DNA from: an uncultured Anaerolineaceae bacterium
GTDB taxonomy: Bacteria; Chloroflexota; Limnocylindria; Limnocylindrales; CSP1-4
Assembly (NCBI GenBank): GCA_964610835.1
Contig: CAZSWK010000001.1
Span: forward strand, 23,843-87,842
Length of the DNA stretch: 64,000 nucleotides
Reading direction: 5' to 3'
Of this stretch, positions 43,073 through 52,580 are shown piece by piece. The position numbers were made by a program, and so were the translations under genes. Numbering within the stretch: the first letter of the stretch is position 1; each line of letters begins with the position of its first letter. The notes beneath the pieces were generated by a model that was given only the letters and a program-made list of their open reading frames with translations, was not told the DNA's origin and ran no database searches.

Positions 43073-44023
43073 TCAGCCGCCGATCAGGCGCAGCGTCTCG
43101 CCCAGCGCGCGAATCGACTCCGGGGTCTTGTAGACGGTGTTGCCGAAGGTGAAGCCGACGAACCCGGCGTCGAGGTAGGGCCGCAGCTCCTGCGCGCACT
43201 GCTCGGGCGTTCCGATGAACAGGTGGCGTCGGCGTTCCTCCGACATGCGTTCGAAGTGGGCGCGCACCGATGCCACATCGCCGGTCCCGGCGTCGACGAC
43301 GACCGGTGCATTGACGGCGCGCTCGATGGACGCAGGATCACGGCCGATTTCATCGCAGTAGCCGAACAGGACGTCGGTCTTGTGGCGCAGCAGCTCCAGT
43401 CCCTGGGCGAACCAATGCGTGATGTCGGCATAGCGCGCGGCGATGCGAATCGTGCGCTTCTCGCCGCTGCCACCGATCATGATCGGCGGTCCACCCGCCT
43501 GGATCGGGGGCGGGTAGTTGAGCGCGTCTGTGACCTGGTAGAAGCGCCCCGAGAATGTGGTCTTCTCCTGGGTGAACATACCCTTGATGATGGCCAGCGC
43601 TTCCTCCAGGCGATCCATGCGCTCGCCCACCGACGGGAAGTCAAATCCGTAGCCCACGTGCTCCTGCTCGTTCCAGGCGGCGCCGATGCCCATCATTGCC
43701 CGACCGCCTGAAATGACGTCGAGCGTCGTGCCGAGCTTGGCCAGCAGCGCCGGGTTGCGATACGTCACGCCGGTCACCTGGGTGCCGACGCGCACGCGCG
43801 ATGTCTCGCGCGCCAGCGCGTTGAGTGCCGACCAGCCCTCGAGCATGGGCTGTGCCACATCGCCCACGCCGGGTATCTGGTAGAAGTGGTCCATCACCGT
43901 AACCTGCCGGAAGCCGGCCTCTTCGGCTGTCTTGGCCTGCTCGACGATGCGCTCGAAGAGCTTCTCCGGTGGCGTGTCAGGGAAGGTGTAGCTGGGCATG
44001 TGGAATCCGAACCAGGGCTTCAT
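43073..44023 (-). CDS. LLM-class (luciferase-like) F420-dependent oxidoreductase
   Basis: 'MKPWFGFHMPSYTFP...EEAGFRQVTVMDHFYQIPGVG...MLEGWSALNALA...GGRAMMGIGAGW' matches the pattern of the actinobacterial F420-dependent LLM subfamily. Confidence 0.82.
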   Translation of the reverse strand: MKPWFGFHMPSYTFPDTPPEKLFERIVEQAKTAEEAGFRQVTVMDHFYQIPGVGDVAQPMLEGWSALNALARETSRVRVGTQVTGVTYRNPALLAKLGTTLDVISGGRAMMGIGAAWNEQEHVGYGFDFPSVGERMDRLEEALAIIKGMFTQEKTTFSGRFYQVTDALNYPPPIQAGGPPIMIGGSGEKRTIRIAARYADITHWFAQGLELLRHKTDVLFGYCDEIGRDPASIERAVNAPVVVDAGTGDVASVRAHFERMSEERRRHLFIGTPEQCAQELRPYLDAGFVGFTFGNTVYKTPESIRALGETLRLIGG

Positions 44024-44078
44024 GGCCTGATCCTATTCGACGGGGTTGGATTCGGCCGCAGCAGCGGCCCGGCGATCA

Positions 44079-45092
44079 CTACGCATACGTGTCGGTCTGG
44101 CTCACCTTGCCCAGGAAGCGGCTGTAGACGAAGAGGGTGTACAGCAGAACGACCGGTACGCCGATGAGGGCGATGACGAGCATCACCGAAAGCGTCAGGT
44201 CGGACGACGCCGCGTTGGTGACGGTCAGGCCGGCGGAGGCGACGCGGTCCGGTAGCAGCGCCGGGTACAGCGCCTGGCCCAGGATGGCGATGAGCGCGGC
44301 AATTGAAAGCGACGAGCCGACGATGGGCAAGCGCTCCGAGTCGCGCCATAGCGCCCAGGCGGTCAGTGCCAGCGCGGCAACAAAGACCGCCGGCGCGATC
44401 CACGCCAGTGGCTGGCCGTAGTTGGCCCACAGATCCGGTGCGTCCAAGGTCGAGGCGAACGTGACGACCAACCACAGGGCGGCGAACGCGACGAGGGCGC
44501 CGCGACCCACCCGCCGGGCGCGCCGTTGGAGCTCACCTTCCGTGCGCAGGACGAGCCACGCTGAACCCTGCATCACGAACATGGCCAGGCCGGTCAGGCC
44601 GACGCCCAGGCTGAACGGGTTGAGCAGCCCGAGCAGACCGTCGCGGTACACGCCGTCGACGAGCGGCAAACCGCGCGCCACGTTGCCCAGCGCCACGCCG
44701 AGCAGCAGGGCCGGCAGCAACGAACCCAGGAAGAAGGCGCCATCCCAGAAACGCAACCAGCGCGGGTCGCTGATCTGGTGGCGGAATTCCATGGCCACCG
44801 CGCGCAGGATCAACCCCAGCAGCAGCAGCATCAGCGCCAGGTAGAAACCGGAGAAGACCGTCGCGTAGACCAGCGGGAAGGCCGCGAACAGAGCGCCGCC
44901 GAGGGTCAGCAGCCAGACCTCGTTACCGTCCCAGACCGGTCCGATTGCCTCCATCAGGACTGTCCGCTGGGCGGCCGAACGGCCGATGAACGGGCTCAGC
45001 ACTCCCACGCCCAGGTCGAAGCCGTCGAGCACCGCGTAGCCCACCAGGAGCACGCCGATGAGCACGAACCAGATCGTCGGCAGGTCGATCAC
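44079..45092 (-). CDS. cydB: cytochrome bd ubiquinol oxidase subunit II
   Basis: 'LPTIWFVLIGVLLVGYAVLDGFDLGVGVL' is the CydB N-terminus. The protein has multiple TM segments, and its start overlaps the cydA stop by 4 bp. Confidence 0.9.
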   Translation of the reverse strand: MIDLPTIWFVLIGVLLVGYAVLDGFDLGVGVLSPFIGRSAAQRTVLMEAIGPVWDGNEVWLLTLGGALFAAFPLVYATVFSGFYLALMLLLLGLILRAVAMEFRHQISDPRWLRFWDGAFFLGSLLPALLLGVALGNVARGLPLVDGVYRDGLLGLLNPFSLGVGLTGLAMFVMQGSAWLVLRTEGELQRRARRVGRGALVAFAALWLVVTFASTLDAPDLWANYGQPLAWIAPAVFVAALALTAWALWRDSERLPIVGSSLSIAALIAILGQALYPALLPDRVASAGLTVTNAASSDLTLSVMLVIALIGVPVVLLYTLFVYSRFLGKVSQTDTYA

Positions 45093-46474
45093 GAGAGCAC
45101 CTCCGCGGGCCGCGGCTGACGCTGGTCGGGCAGGGGCGGCGATTCGACCGGCACCCCTACCGGCGCCGGATCAGGCCCGGCCATCAGCGTGCGCCGCACC
45201 AGGAACAGCCACAGGGCAAACAGCGCGAAGTACACGCCCACGAAGCCGAGCAGAGATACGAGCACCTCCGGCGTGCTCACCAGCGGCGACACGCCGTCGG
45301 CCGTCTTCATCAGGCCGTAGACGATCCACGGCTGACGGCCGATCTCGGCCGTCGCCCAACCGAGCTCAACCGCGATCAGTGGGGCCGGCGTGACCAGGAC
45401 CGCGACCCATAGCCACGTTCGCCAGCTCTCGAGCCTGCCGCGCAACCAGGCCAGTACTCCGAGCAGCATCGCCAGCAACATCAAGGTGCCCAGCACGACC
45501 ATGTTGTGGTAGCTCAGGAAGGTCATCGCTACCGGCGGCCAGAGCTCCTGGGGGAATGCGTTGAGGCCCTCGACCCTGGCGTTGGTGTCGCCATGCGTGA
45601 GCCAGCTGAGCAGGCTGGTGACCACGATGCTCGGCGCGTTGGCTTCCCCCTCCTGGCTGGGCGGCAGGGCAAAGATGATCATCGGCGCGCCCTGAGTCGT
45701 CGTGAACAGGCCCTGCATGGCGGCGAACTTGACCGGTTGCGTGTTGGCCACCTGGCGGGATGACCAGTCGCCGGTCAGGAACATGCCCAGTGACGCGATG
45801 AGCGCCACGACCAGGCCCAGGCGGATGCTGCGCCGCGCGACGTCATAGTGACGGTGCTTGAGCAGGTACCAGGCGGCTACTCCGACCATCAAGAAGGACG
45901 CAACCGCCCACGCCGAGATGATGGTGTGCGTGAAGCGCTGGATGGTGGACGGGTTGAACACGGCGCCCGCGAAGTCGGTCAGCACCGCCTTGTCGCCCTG
46001 GACCTCGTAGCCGGCCGGTGTCTGCATCCACGAGTTGGCGACGATGATCCAGAAGCCGGACAGGATTGCGCCTGCCGATACCAGCACCGCCGACACCATG
46101 CGCAGGCCCGAGCCGATGCGCTTGCGCCCCCACAGCAACAGGCCCAGGAAGGTGGACTCGAGGAAGAAGGCGAAGATTGCCTCGGCCGCCAGCGGCGAAC
46201 CGAAGATGTCGCCGACGAAGGTGGAGTAGCGCGACCAGTTGGTACCGAACTGGAACTCCATGACGACGCCACTGGCCACGCCCACGGCGAAGGTGAGCGC
46301 GAATACCTTGGTCCAGAAACGCGCCAGGCGATCCCACACCTCCGACCTGGTGCGCCAGCGGACTATCTCCGCGATTGCCACAAGCAGGCCCAGGCCGATG
46401 GACACGGCCGGAAAGATGAAGTGGAATGCCGCCGTGAACGCAAATTGAATACGGGCCAGGTCGACTGCTTCCAA
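45089..46474 (-). CDS. cydA: cytochrome bd ubiquinol oxidase subunit I
   Basis: A TTG start is preceded by a GGAGGT RBS 6 nt upstream. 'DLARIQFAFTAAFHFIFPAVSIGLG' and the Q-loop region 'WMQTPAGY' are CydA hallmarks. Confidence 0.9.
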   Translation of the reverse strand: MEAVDLARIQFAFTAAFHFIFPAVSIGLGLLVAIAEIVRWRTRSEVWDRLARFWTKVFALTFAVGVASGVVMEFQFGTNWSRYSTFVGDIFGSPLAAEAIFAFFLESTFLGLLLWGRKRIGSGLRMVSAVLVSAGAILSGFWIIVANSWMQTPAGYEVQGDKAVLTDFAGAVFNPSTIQRFTHTIISAWAVASFLMVGVAAWYLLKHRHYDVARRSIRLGLVVALIASLGMFLTGDWSSRQVANTQPVKFAAMQGLFTTTQGAPMIIFALPPSQEGEANAPSIVVTSLLSWLTHGDTNARVEGLNAFPQELWPPVAMTFLSYHNMVVLGTLMLLAMLLGVLAWLRGRLESWRTWLWVAVLVTPAPLIAVELGWATAEIGRQPWIVYGLMKTADGVSPLVSTPEVLVSLLGFVGVYFALFALWLFLVRRTLMAGPDPAPVGVPVESPPLPDQRQPRPAEVLS

Positions 46475-46534
46475 GGCTCTACCTCCGCCGGCCCGGGCAT
46501 GCGGAACCGGTCTGGTGATCAGAGGATCCGGTGA

Positions 46535-46888
46535 CGGACGCTAGCCTGCCGCGGCCGGCCCGGGACGGGCCGAAAGTCACCTCCGCGCCGGTGCAGTCGC
46601 CACGATCGCGCATCGTGGCTGTCCAGTGCGCCGATTCGTATCAACGGCATCGCCCCCGGGAAGGTCTCCACGGTGCGCGTGTCGAATAACGATGCCGAAC
46701 GCGCAAGTCGGGAAGGCGTGACAGTCGAGGACGTGCAGCGGCAGTGGATCACGCGCATCCCGCTCGGCCGCTACGGGGATCCGATCGAGGTGGGTCGCGT
46801 GGCGGCATTCCTGCTGTCGCCGGCTGCGTCTTTCGTGAACGGAGCGGTCGTGCCCGTAGATGGAGGAATGATCCGCTCGCTGCCCTAG
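46535..46888 (+). pseudogene. short-chain dehydrogenase/reductase C-terminal remnant (5'-truncated)
   Basis: The frame is open only from 46535, with an in-frame TGA at 46532. It encodes 'IRINGIAPG...ITRIPLGRYGDPIEVGRVAAFLLSPAASFVNGAVVPVDGGM', the last ~85 aa of an SDR. The Rossmann TGxxxGxG and catalytic YxxxK parts are absent. Confidence 0.6.
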
Positions 46889-46969
46889 TGCATCACGGCG
46901 GGGGCGGATAGCGGGCCGGGCTTACCGCGAACTCGGGCCAAACGGCACCGGCGCGCCCGTCGATGGTTC

Positions 46970-47962
46970 ATGATCCTCCGGATCATGACTGGAGTCGTTC
47001 GCTCGGCGCCGGAGCGCGAGGGGCTGGTCGTCGGCGGCCTGTGGCTCATCGGCCTCGGCTCGGTATTCGTCGTGCAGGAGATAACGCGCTGGCCGTGGCA
47101 GGAAGCGTGGCCGCTGTTCGTGATCATGATCGGCGTGGTCGGCGCGTTGACGGCGGTGGTCACGCGCCAACGCCACGCGATGGGCCTGTGGCGCATCTGG
47201 TCGCCACTTGCCTTTACCGTCGTGGGCATCGTGCTGCTGCTGAGCACGACCGAGTCCATCGATATCACGCCCGCGCAGCTCCTCGCGTGGTGGCCGGTCG
47301 CGGTGATCGCCCTCGGCCTGTGGTTCCTGCTCGGCGCGCTGTTCGCCGGCAACGCCGGCAGCAACACGCAGGAACTTGCGTTGCCACTCAACGGGCTTGC
47401 CGCCGCAGACGTGCGCCTGCGCTTCGGCGGCGGTGAGCTGCGGGTCGGCGAGGCCACTCCCGGGATGCTGGTGTCGGGTACGTTCGAGGGTGGCGTGCGG
47501 GTTCGCAATCGACTGCGTCGTGGCCGCGTCGAACTACGCCCCTATGCCGACGCCATGCCCTTCTGGGGCGGCGCGCCGCTGCACTGGAACGTGGGCATCA
47601 CCTCGCGTATTCCGGTCGATCTGCGCCTCGACACCGGCGCCAGCCGCTCCGACATTGACCTTACGGCACTCAACGTCCGCCAGCTGGAGCTGCATACCGG
47701 TGCCAGTGAGACCCACGTGCGCCTGCCGGCGTCGGGGTCCGCGTCGGTGCGCGTCGAGACCGGCGTCGCCGCGGTGGCCATCGACGTGCCGGCCGGTGTC
47801 GCCGCGCGTATTCGCTCGCGCATGACGCTGGGTTCGACCAGCGTTGATGAATCGCGCTTCCCACGCGCGCTCGACGGCTGGCAATCGGCCGACTACGAGA
47901 CGGCGACCAACCGCGTTGACATGGACCTGCAGGGCGGACTGGGGTCGATCCGCGTTCGCTAG
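46970..47962 (+). CDS. LiaF-like / toastrack (DUF2154/DUF4097-type) membrane protein
   Basis: An N-terminal block of ~4 TM segments is followed by a repetitive beta-rich C-terminus ('DVRLRFGGGELRVG','DLRLDTGASRSDIDL','LELHTGASETHVRL','VRVETGVAAVAIDV','DMDLQGGLGSIRV'), as seen in cell-envelope stress LiaF-type proteins. Confidence 0.7.
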   Translation: MILRIMTGVVRSAPEREGLVVGGLWLIGLGSVFVVQEITRWPWQEAWPLFVIMIGVVGALTAVVTRQRHAMGLWRIWSPLAFTVVGIVLLLSTTESIDITPAQLLAWWPVAVIALGLWFLLGALFAGNAGSNTQELALPLNGLAAADVRLRFGGGELRVGEATPGMLVSGTFEGGVRVRNRLRRGRVELRPYADAMPFWGGAPLHWNVGITSRIPVDLRLDTGASRSDIDLTALNVRQLELHTGASETHVRLPASGSASVRVETGVAAVAIDVPAGVAARIRSRMTLGSTSVDESRFPRALDGWQSADYETATNRVDMDLQGGLGSIRVR

Positions 47963-47968
47963 GCCCGG

Positions 47969-49960
47969 CTAGGGCCAGGCCAGGAAAGCGTCGAGATCGA
48001 TGCGGCTATTGGTGGCGCTCGAATTCTGCGTTCCCGTCGGGCGCAGCTGAATGGTGTGCGTCCCGGCGGGGAGTGCCGTGCCGCCGCTCGTCCAGACGAT
48101 GGCGCGCGTGCTGACTGACGGCGCGTAAAGATCAATGGTCGCGACGAGCGACCCGTCGAGCCAGAGGTCGACGATGCCGCGGTTGGGTCCGAGCGTGCTC
48201 ACGAACGCTGCGGCGGTGCCGCTGAAGGTGAACGTCGCAGTACGGCCGGCAGCGCCGGTGGAACGTACGTGCCCGCCCGCCGCGCCGTGCAGCGCGTGAA
48301 GCCGCCAATTACCTGAGTAGTTGATCCGGGCCGAACGTTCCTGGCGCACGCGGAGCCGCGAGGTAGGGGTCTTCGTCCAGGCGCCCACGTTGCCGGCGCC
48401 ATCGGTGGCACGGACACGCAAGTGGTATCTGCCGCGGTGCCTGAGGGCAACGTCGACGCTCGTGTCGGTGGGCGAGGCGAGTACGACCGACGTCCAGGCA
48501 TGCCGGCCGCGCTTGACCTGCAGGTCGTAGCCCGAAATGCCGGAAGGGTCACTCGCCTTGGGCCAGCTCACGTGGACGATGGCCGTGCCGCCCAAGCGCT
48601 GGTTGGCGGCGATCGAGAGCGTGGGCATCTTGACACTTGCCGGTGTGGTGTCCGGTGGCTGGTCGGTAGGCGTGACCGGTGACGATGGCTGTGATGCGGG
48701 GCCGGTGCCCACACTGTTGGTCGCGGTGACCGTGAACGTGTATGCAGTCCCGTTGGTCAGGCCGGCGACCGTGCATGAGGTGGCGCCCGTCGTGGTGCAG
48801 GTCCGCGCGTCGGGGTCGGACGTGACCGCGTAACCGGTGATCTGGCTGCCACCAGTCGCAGTGGGTGGCTGCCAGGAGACGTTGGCGCTTCCGTTACCCG
48901 GACTGCCCGTGACGTTCCGTGGAGCGCCGGGCGCGCTCGGCGCCGGCGGCATCTCATTGGCGGTCGCCCAGCCGATGTCGCGGAACATGGCCAGCATCAG
49001 CGGACCCGGGTCGTGCTCGACCTCACCGTTGAACAGCGCCGGCGTCATAAGCGCGTTGCCGCTTGATGGACCGTAGGTCCCCTCGTCGAGATGCGAGTTG
49101 CTCGAACCCTCGATCCAGTTCGACGGGGCGTAGAGCCTTGCGCGCTGTCCGAGCACGTTCTGGACATTGGGGCCGTCGAAGTAGACCGACCCGTCGGTCA
49201 GCTGGTTGGCGAGACTTGTCGATGGACTCGCGAAACTGACCAGCTTGGATCCGCCGGTGGCTGCGCTCCATTCGTGCTGATCGAACGCCGACTGGTAGAC
49301 GTTGGATCCGATGTTGAAGCCCACCTTGCCCTGACCGTTCCCGTTGACCTTGAAGCTGCTCAGAAAGCCCAGTCCGTGGCCGAGCTCGTGGAGGACGACG
49401 CTCTCGAAGTCGTACTTGCTCATGGGCGGGTTGCCGTCCGTGCCCAGGTACCAGTTGCCGAATGAGCTGTTCATCGTGGCCGTGATTTCGTTGCCCTGGT
49501 ACTGGTTGCAGCTGCACATGGCTTCGTACAGCGCCGCCGGATAGGCCACGCCGTTGACCGCGATGAGCGCCGGGCCGGCGTCGCCGAGGATGCCGGATCC
49601 GAGCGAGCTCCACGAGGCGTTGACGTGGATGACCTGGCTCGACACGACCATCGTCTGCCAGATATTTACGGCGGCCTGGAAGGCAGCCTTGGCGTTGGCC
49701 GGGAAGTTGTGGTACGTGACCTGGATCGTGGCAGTGGGCGCGCTCGCGGAAGTGACCGATTGCGTGCCGGCGTGCACGTAGCGCGGCGCCAGGAACGAAC
49801 CAGTTTGTCCCGGCGTCGAGCGCGCGACAACGACCTCGGTCGCCTCAGGCGACGGGCCCATGACTGTGACCTGTGGCAAAGCATGGCCCTGGGCCACCGA
49901 CGATACGGTGAGCAGGGCAGCAAAAACCAGTACGGCCACCACGGCAGGCTTTCGTAACAC
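47969..49960 (-). CDS. secreted zinc metalloprotease-like protein (HExxH) with an FN3 domain and C-terminal beta-sandwich domains
   Basis: A GTG start follows a GAGGAAA RBS. The signal peptide is 'VAVLVFAALLTVSSVAQG' and the zinc motif is 'VVLHELGHGLGF'. The FN3 domain reads 'PRNVTGSPGNGSANVSWQPPTATGGSQITGYAVTS...GLTNGTAYTFTVTATNSVG'. Two further beta-rich modules follow. Confidence 0.75.
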   Translation of the reverse strand: MLRKPAVVAVLVFAALLTVSSVAQGHALPQVTVMGPSPEATEVVVARSTPGQTGSFLAPRYVHAGTQSVTSASAPTATIQVTYHNFPANAKAAFQAAVNIWQTMVVSSQVIHVNASWSSLGSGILGDAGPALIAVNGVAYPAALYEAMCSCNQYQGNEITATMNSSFGNWYLGTDGNPPMSKYDFESVVLHELGHGLGFLSSFKVNGNGQGKVGFNIGSNVYQSAFDQHEWSAATGGSKLVSFASPSTSLANQLTDGSVYFDGPNVQNVLGQRARLYAPSNWIEGSSNSHLDEGTYGPSSGNALMTPALFNGEVEHDPGPLMLAMFRDIGWATANEMPPAPSAPGAPRNVTGSPGNGSANVSWQPPTATGGSQITGYAVTSDPDARTCTTTGATSCTVAGLTNGTAYTFTVTATNSVGTGPASQPSSPVTPTDQPPDTTPASVKMPTLSIAANQRLGGTAIVHVSWPKASDPSGISGYDLQVKRGRHAWTSVVLASPTDTSVDVALRHRGRYHLRVRATDGAGNVGAWTKTPTSRLRVRQERSARINYSGNWRLHALHGAAGGHVRSTGAAGRTATFTFSGTAAAFVSTLGPNRGIVDLWLDGSLVATIDLYAPSVSTRAIVWTSGGTALPAGTHTIQLRPTGTQNSSATNSRIDLDAFLAWP

Positions 49961-50150
49961 GGCTTTCCTCTGCGGCGTTTGCGCTTGGCCGATGTTCGCC
50001 GACGCCGCAGACTAAGACTACCCGTACGGATGGCGGTCTGCACTGCCCCTGATGCCGTTTTGACCGGCGCGGGGCGCCAAATGTCGACTACTTGCCGGCC
50101 GATCTGTGGATAACCGGCCAAGCACACCCTGCAGGCCGGCCCGGCGCCGT

Positions 50151-50723
50151 CTAGGCCGCCGAGTTGGCGACCAGGGCGCCCGGTTGCTGCAGGTCACGGG
50201 CGATGCTGTCGGCCCATGCCTCGATCGCGGGCCAGTCGCGGAAGTCGCCGGCGGGCAGGGAGTCGCGCACCGACGGCATGAAGCGCATGAACATCTTCAT
50301 GAAGCGCTCGGCCGCGCCGCTCGGCGGCAGGTCAGGGTCGTAGGCGCCAAAGAAGACCTGCTCGCCGCGCGGACGGACCGCGTCGATGAGTTCCAGCCAT
50401 TCGCGCGGTCGAGTCGCCTCGAGGACGTCGCGGCCCTGCTTGTCGACCTTCTCGGGGCCGACCGGTCCGCTCGAGAAGAGCCACGCTGGCCGACTGCCCA
50501 GCAGCGTCTTGTGCCGACGCACGAATGAGGTCGCGTCGCTCAGCCAATGGAACGCATAGGCGGCGCTACCTACGACGAAGGCGTCGTACCGGTGAGGATC
50601 GCCCACCTTTGTGACGTGGCTGACGGTCACGTCGAGTCCCTGCCGCTCCAGCTCCTGTCCGATGCGCTCGGCGATGCCACGCGTCGCACCGTGGCGGCTG
50701 GCATATGCAACCAGAACCTTCAT
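50151..50723 (-). CDS. flavodoxin-like domain protein (HemG/flavodoxin_5-like)
   Basis: The start is at 50723. 'MKVLVAYASRHGATRGIAERI...YDAFVVGSAAYAFHW' is the flavodoxin FMN-binding N-terminus. Confidence 0.8.
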   Translation of the reverse strand: MKVLVAYASRHGATRGIAERIGQELERQGLDVTVSHVTKVGDPHRYDAFVVGSAAYAFHWLSDATSFVRRHKTLLGSRPAWLFSSGPVGPEKVDKQGRDVLEATRPREWLELIDAVRPRGEQVFFGAYDPDLPPSGAAERFMKMFMRFMPSVRDSLPAGDFRDWPAIEAWADSIARDLQQPGALVANSAA

Positions 50724-50821
50724 CTGCCTCCCAACCCTCCTGGGGCGCAAGGCTCTCCGGTCGTGCACGCTGTCACAAGAGCCGATCGGCCCGTGCTCAA
50801 CTCCGGGTAGCCTTCGCCTCC

Positions 50822-52078
50822 GTGCGCAATCCCGTCACGTGGCTCGTGGAAGTGCTCGCACCCGCTCGCCTGGGCAGCGGTTTCCGCTGGCTGCTGGCGG
50901 CAACGGTCGTCGACAACTTCGGCGACGGCATCGTCCTGGCTGCCGGACCGCTGCTGGTCGCCTCGCAGACCCACGACCCGTTCCTGGTGTCGCTCGCCCT
51001 GCTGTTCGACTACCTGCCCGGGCTGCTCTTCGCCATCTTCGGCGGCGTCGCTGCCGATCGCTTCGATCGACGCCTGATGGTCGTCGTCGCCAACTTCCTC
51101 CGGGCGCTCGTGCTCGCGGTGCTGGTCGCCGCCATCGCCACCGGGAGCGTAAGCATTGCGCTCATCCTGGTCACCATCTTCCTGCTCGGCACAGCCGAGA
51201 CATTCGCCGATTCGGCGAGCAGCACGCTATTGCCAAGCATGGTCTCGCGCGATGACCTGGGCATCGGCAACGCACGCATGCAGGGCGCGTTTCTGCTGAC
51301 CAATCAGCTCGTCGCGCCGCCCATCGGAGCATTCCTGTTCGCCGCCGGCATGGCGTTGCCGTTCGCGACCAATGCGGCGGCATTCGTGCTCGCCGCTCTG
51401 CTCATCTGGCGTATAGGGGCGGGTGCCGGCTCCGTCGATCGTGGCCAGGACGGACGGCGAAGGGCCTTTCGCGCGGATCTCGTCGAGGGCCTGCGTTGGC
51501 TGGCCGGGCACACCCCGATGCGCACCCTCGCCCTGATCATCACCGCCTTCAACGTTACCTGGGGCGCGGCCTGGGGCGTGCTGGTGCTGTACGCCGGCGA
51601 GCGGCTGAACATGGGCCCGGTCGGCTTCGGCCTGCTGACCACTGCCGTCGCCATCGGTGGCATCGCCGGAACGTTGTCGTACGGCGCCCTCGAGCGGCGC
51701 TTCAGCCTGGGCAACATCATGCGCGTCGTGCTGTTGGTTGAGACCGGCTGGCACCTCACCCTCGCGCTGACCACTTCCCCAGAGGTGGCCCTGGCAGCGA
51801 TGGTCATGTTCGGAGCCGAAGCGTTCGTGTGGGGAACCACGGCGACCGTCGTGCGCCAGCGCGCGGTACCCAACGAGCTGCTTGGTCGCGTTGGCGGCGT
51901 CTATCGCGTGGGTTTCCTGGGTGGCTTGGTCGTCGGCACGCCTTTGGGCGGCGTGCTCGCGGGCACATACGGCATCACCGCGCCTTTCTGGTTCGGATTT
52001 GCCGGCTCGGCGACGTTGGTCCTCTTGCTGTGGCGCCAGTTCCCCCAGATAGCACACGCGGGTTCGACGAACAGCTAA
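50822..52078 (+). CDS. MFS transporter
   Basis: About 12 predicted TM segments are present. The 'GGVAADRFDRRLMVV' loop motif is typical of MFS_3/enterobactin-exporter-like proteins. The GTG at 50822 is the chosen start; the true start is uncertain. Confidence 0.8.
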   Translation: MRNPVTWLVEVLAPARLGSGFRWLLAATVVDNFGDGIVLAAGPLLVASQTHDPFLVSLALLFDYLPGLLFAIFGGVAADRFDRRLMVVVANFLRALVLAVLVAAIATGSVSIALILVTIFLLGTAETFADSASSTLLPSMVSRDDLGIGNARMQGAFLLTNQLVAPPIGAFLFAAGMALPFATNAAAFVLAALLIWRIGAGAGSVDRGQDGRRRAFRADLVEGLRWLAGHTPMRTLALIITAFNVTWGAAWGVLVLYAGERLNMGPVGFGLLTTAVAIGGIAGTLSYGALERRFSLGNIMRVVLLVETGWHLTLALTTSPEVALAAMVMFGAEAFVWGTTATVVRQRAVPNELLGRVGGVYRVGFLGGLVVGTPLGGVLAGTYGITAPFWFGFAGSATLVLLLWRQFPQIAHAGSTNS

Positions 52079-52578
52079 CTCCAGAGGTCGATCAGAGGCA
52101 GGCGGTGGTGGCTCAGGGCCTCGTTTATCTCGGCCATGTGCCACACGTCATGCGCGAAGACGCGCTCGATGGTGAAGCCGCGCGTGTGCACGCGGCCGTC
52201 GCCCCACTCCGGGTGGGTGATGGTCTCGTTGAGGGAGTCGAGCGTCCACGTGTCGAGGCACTGCTCGACGATGCGGAAGGTCGAATCAAGGGCCGTGACC
52301 AGCTGGCCGGCATCGAGCACGTCTTCCAGGTCGTCGTCGCCAGGGCAGTTATAGGCAGCGTTGGGAAACGGCGTCGCATCCGCACCCGGCGCTCCGGCGA
52401 ACTCGCACAGCCAGAAGACGCGCTGGCAGGCCAGGTGGCCGATCGTTGCCCACAGCGGCCAGCGCTCAGCTGCCGGCTGCAGCGCCAGTTGGCCATCCGT
52501 CAGCCGACTGACCGCAGCGCGCAGGCGGCGGTTGTAGTCCGGCCAGCTGCTGAAAGCCGGCCGAATCGAACCGGCCAC
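52075..52578 (-). CDS. DinB-family four-helix-bundle protein
   Basis: 'WPLWATIGHLACQRVFWL...RVFAHDVWHMAEINEAL' shows the His-containing DinB/YfiT-like helices. The GTG start lies 2 nt after the cyclase-STAND stop, suggesting translational coupling. Confidence 0.78.
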   Translation of the reverse strand: MAGSIRPAFSSWPDYNRRLRAAVSRLTDGQLALQPAAERWPLWATIGHLACQRVFWLCEFAGAPGADATPFPNAAYNCPGDDDLEDVLDAGQLVTALDSTFRIVEQCLDTWTLDSLNETITHPEWGDGRVHTRGFTIERVFAHDVWHMAEINEALSHHRLPLIDLWS

Positions 52579-52580
52579 GC

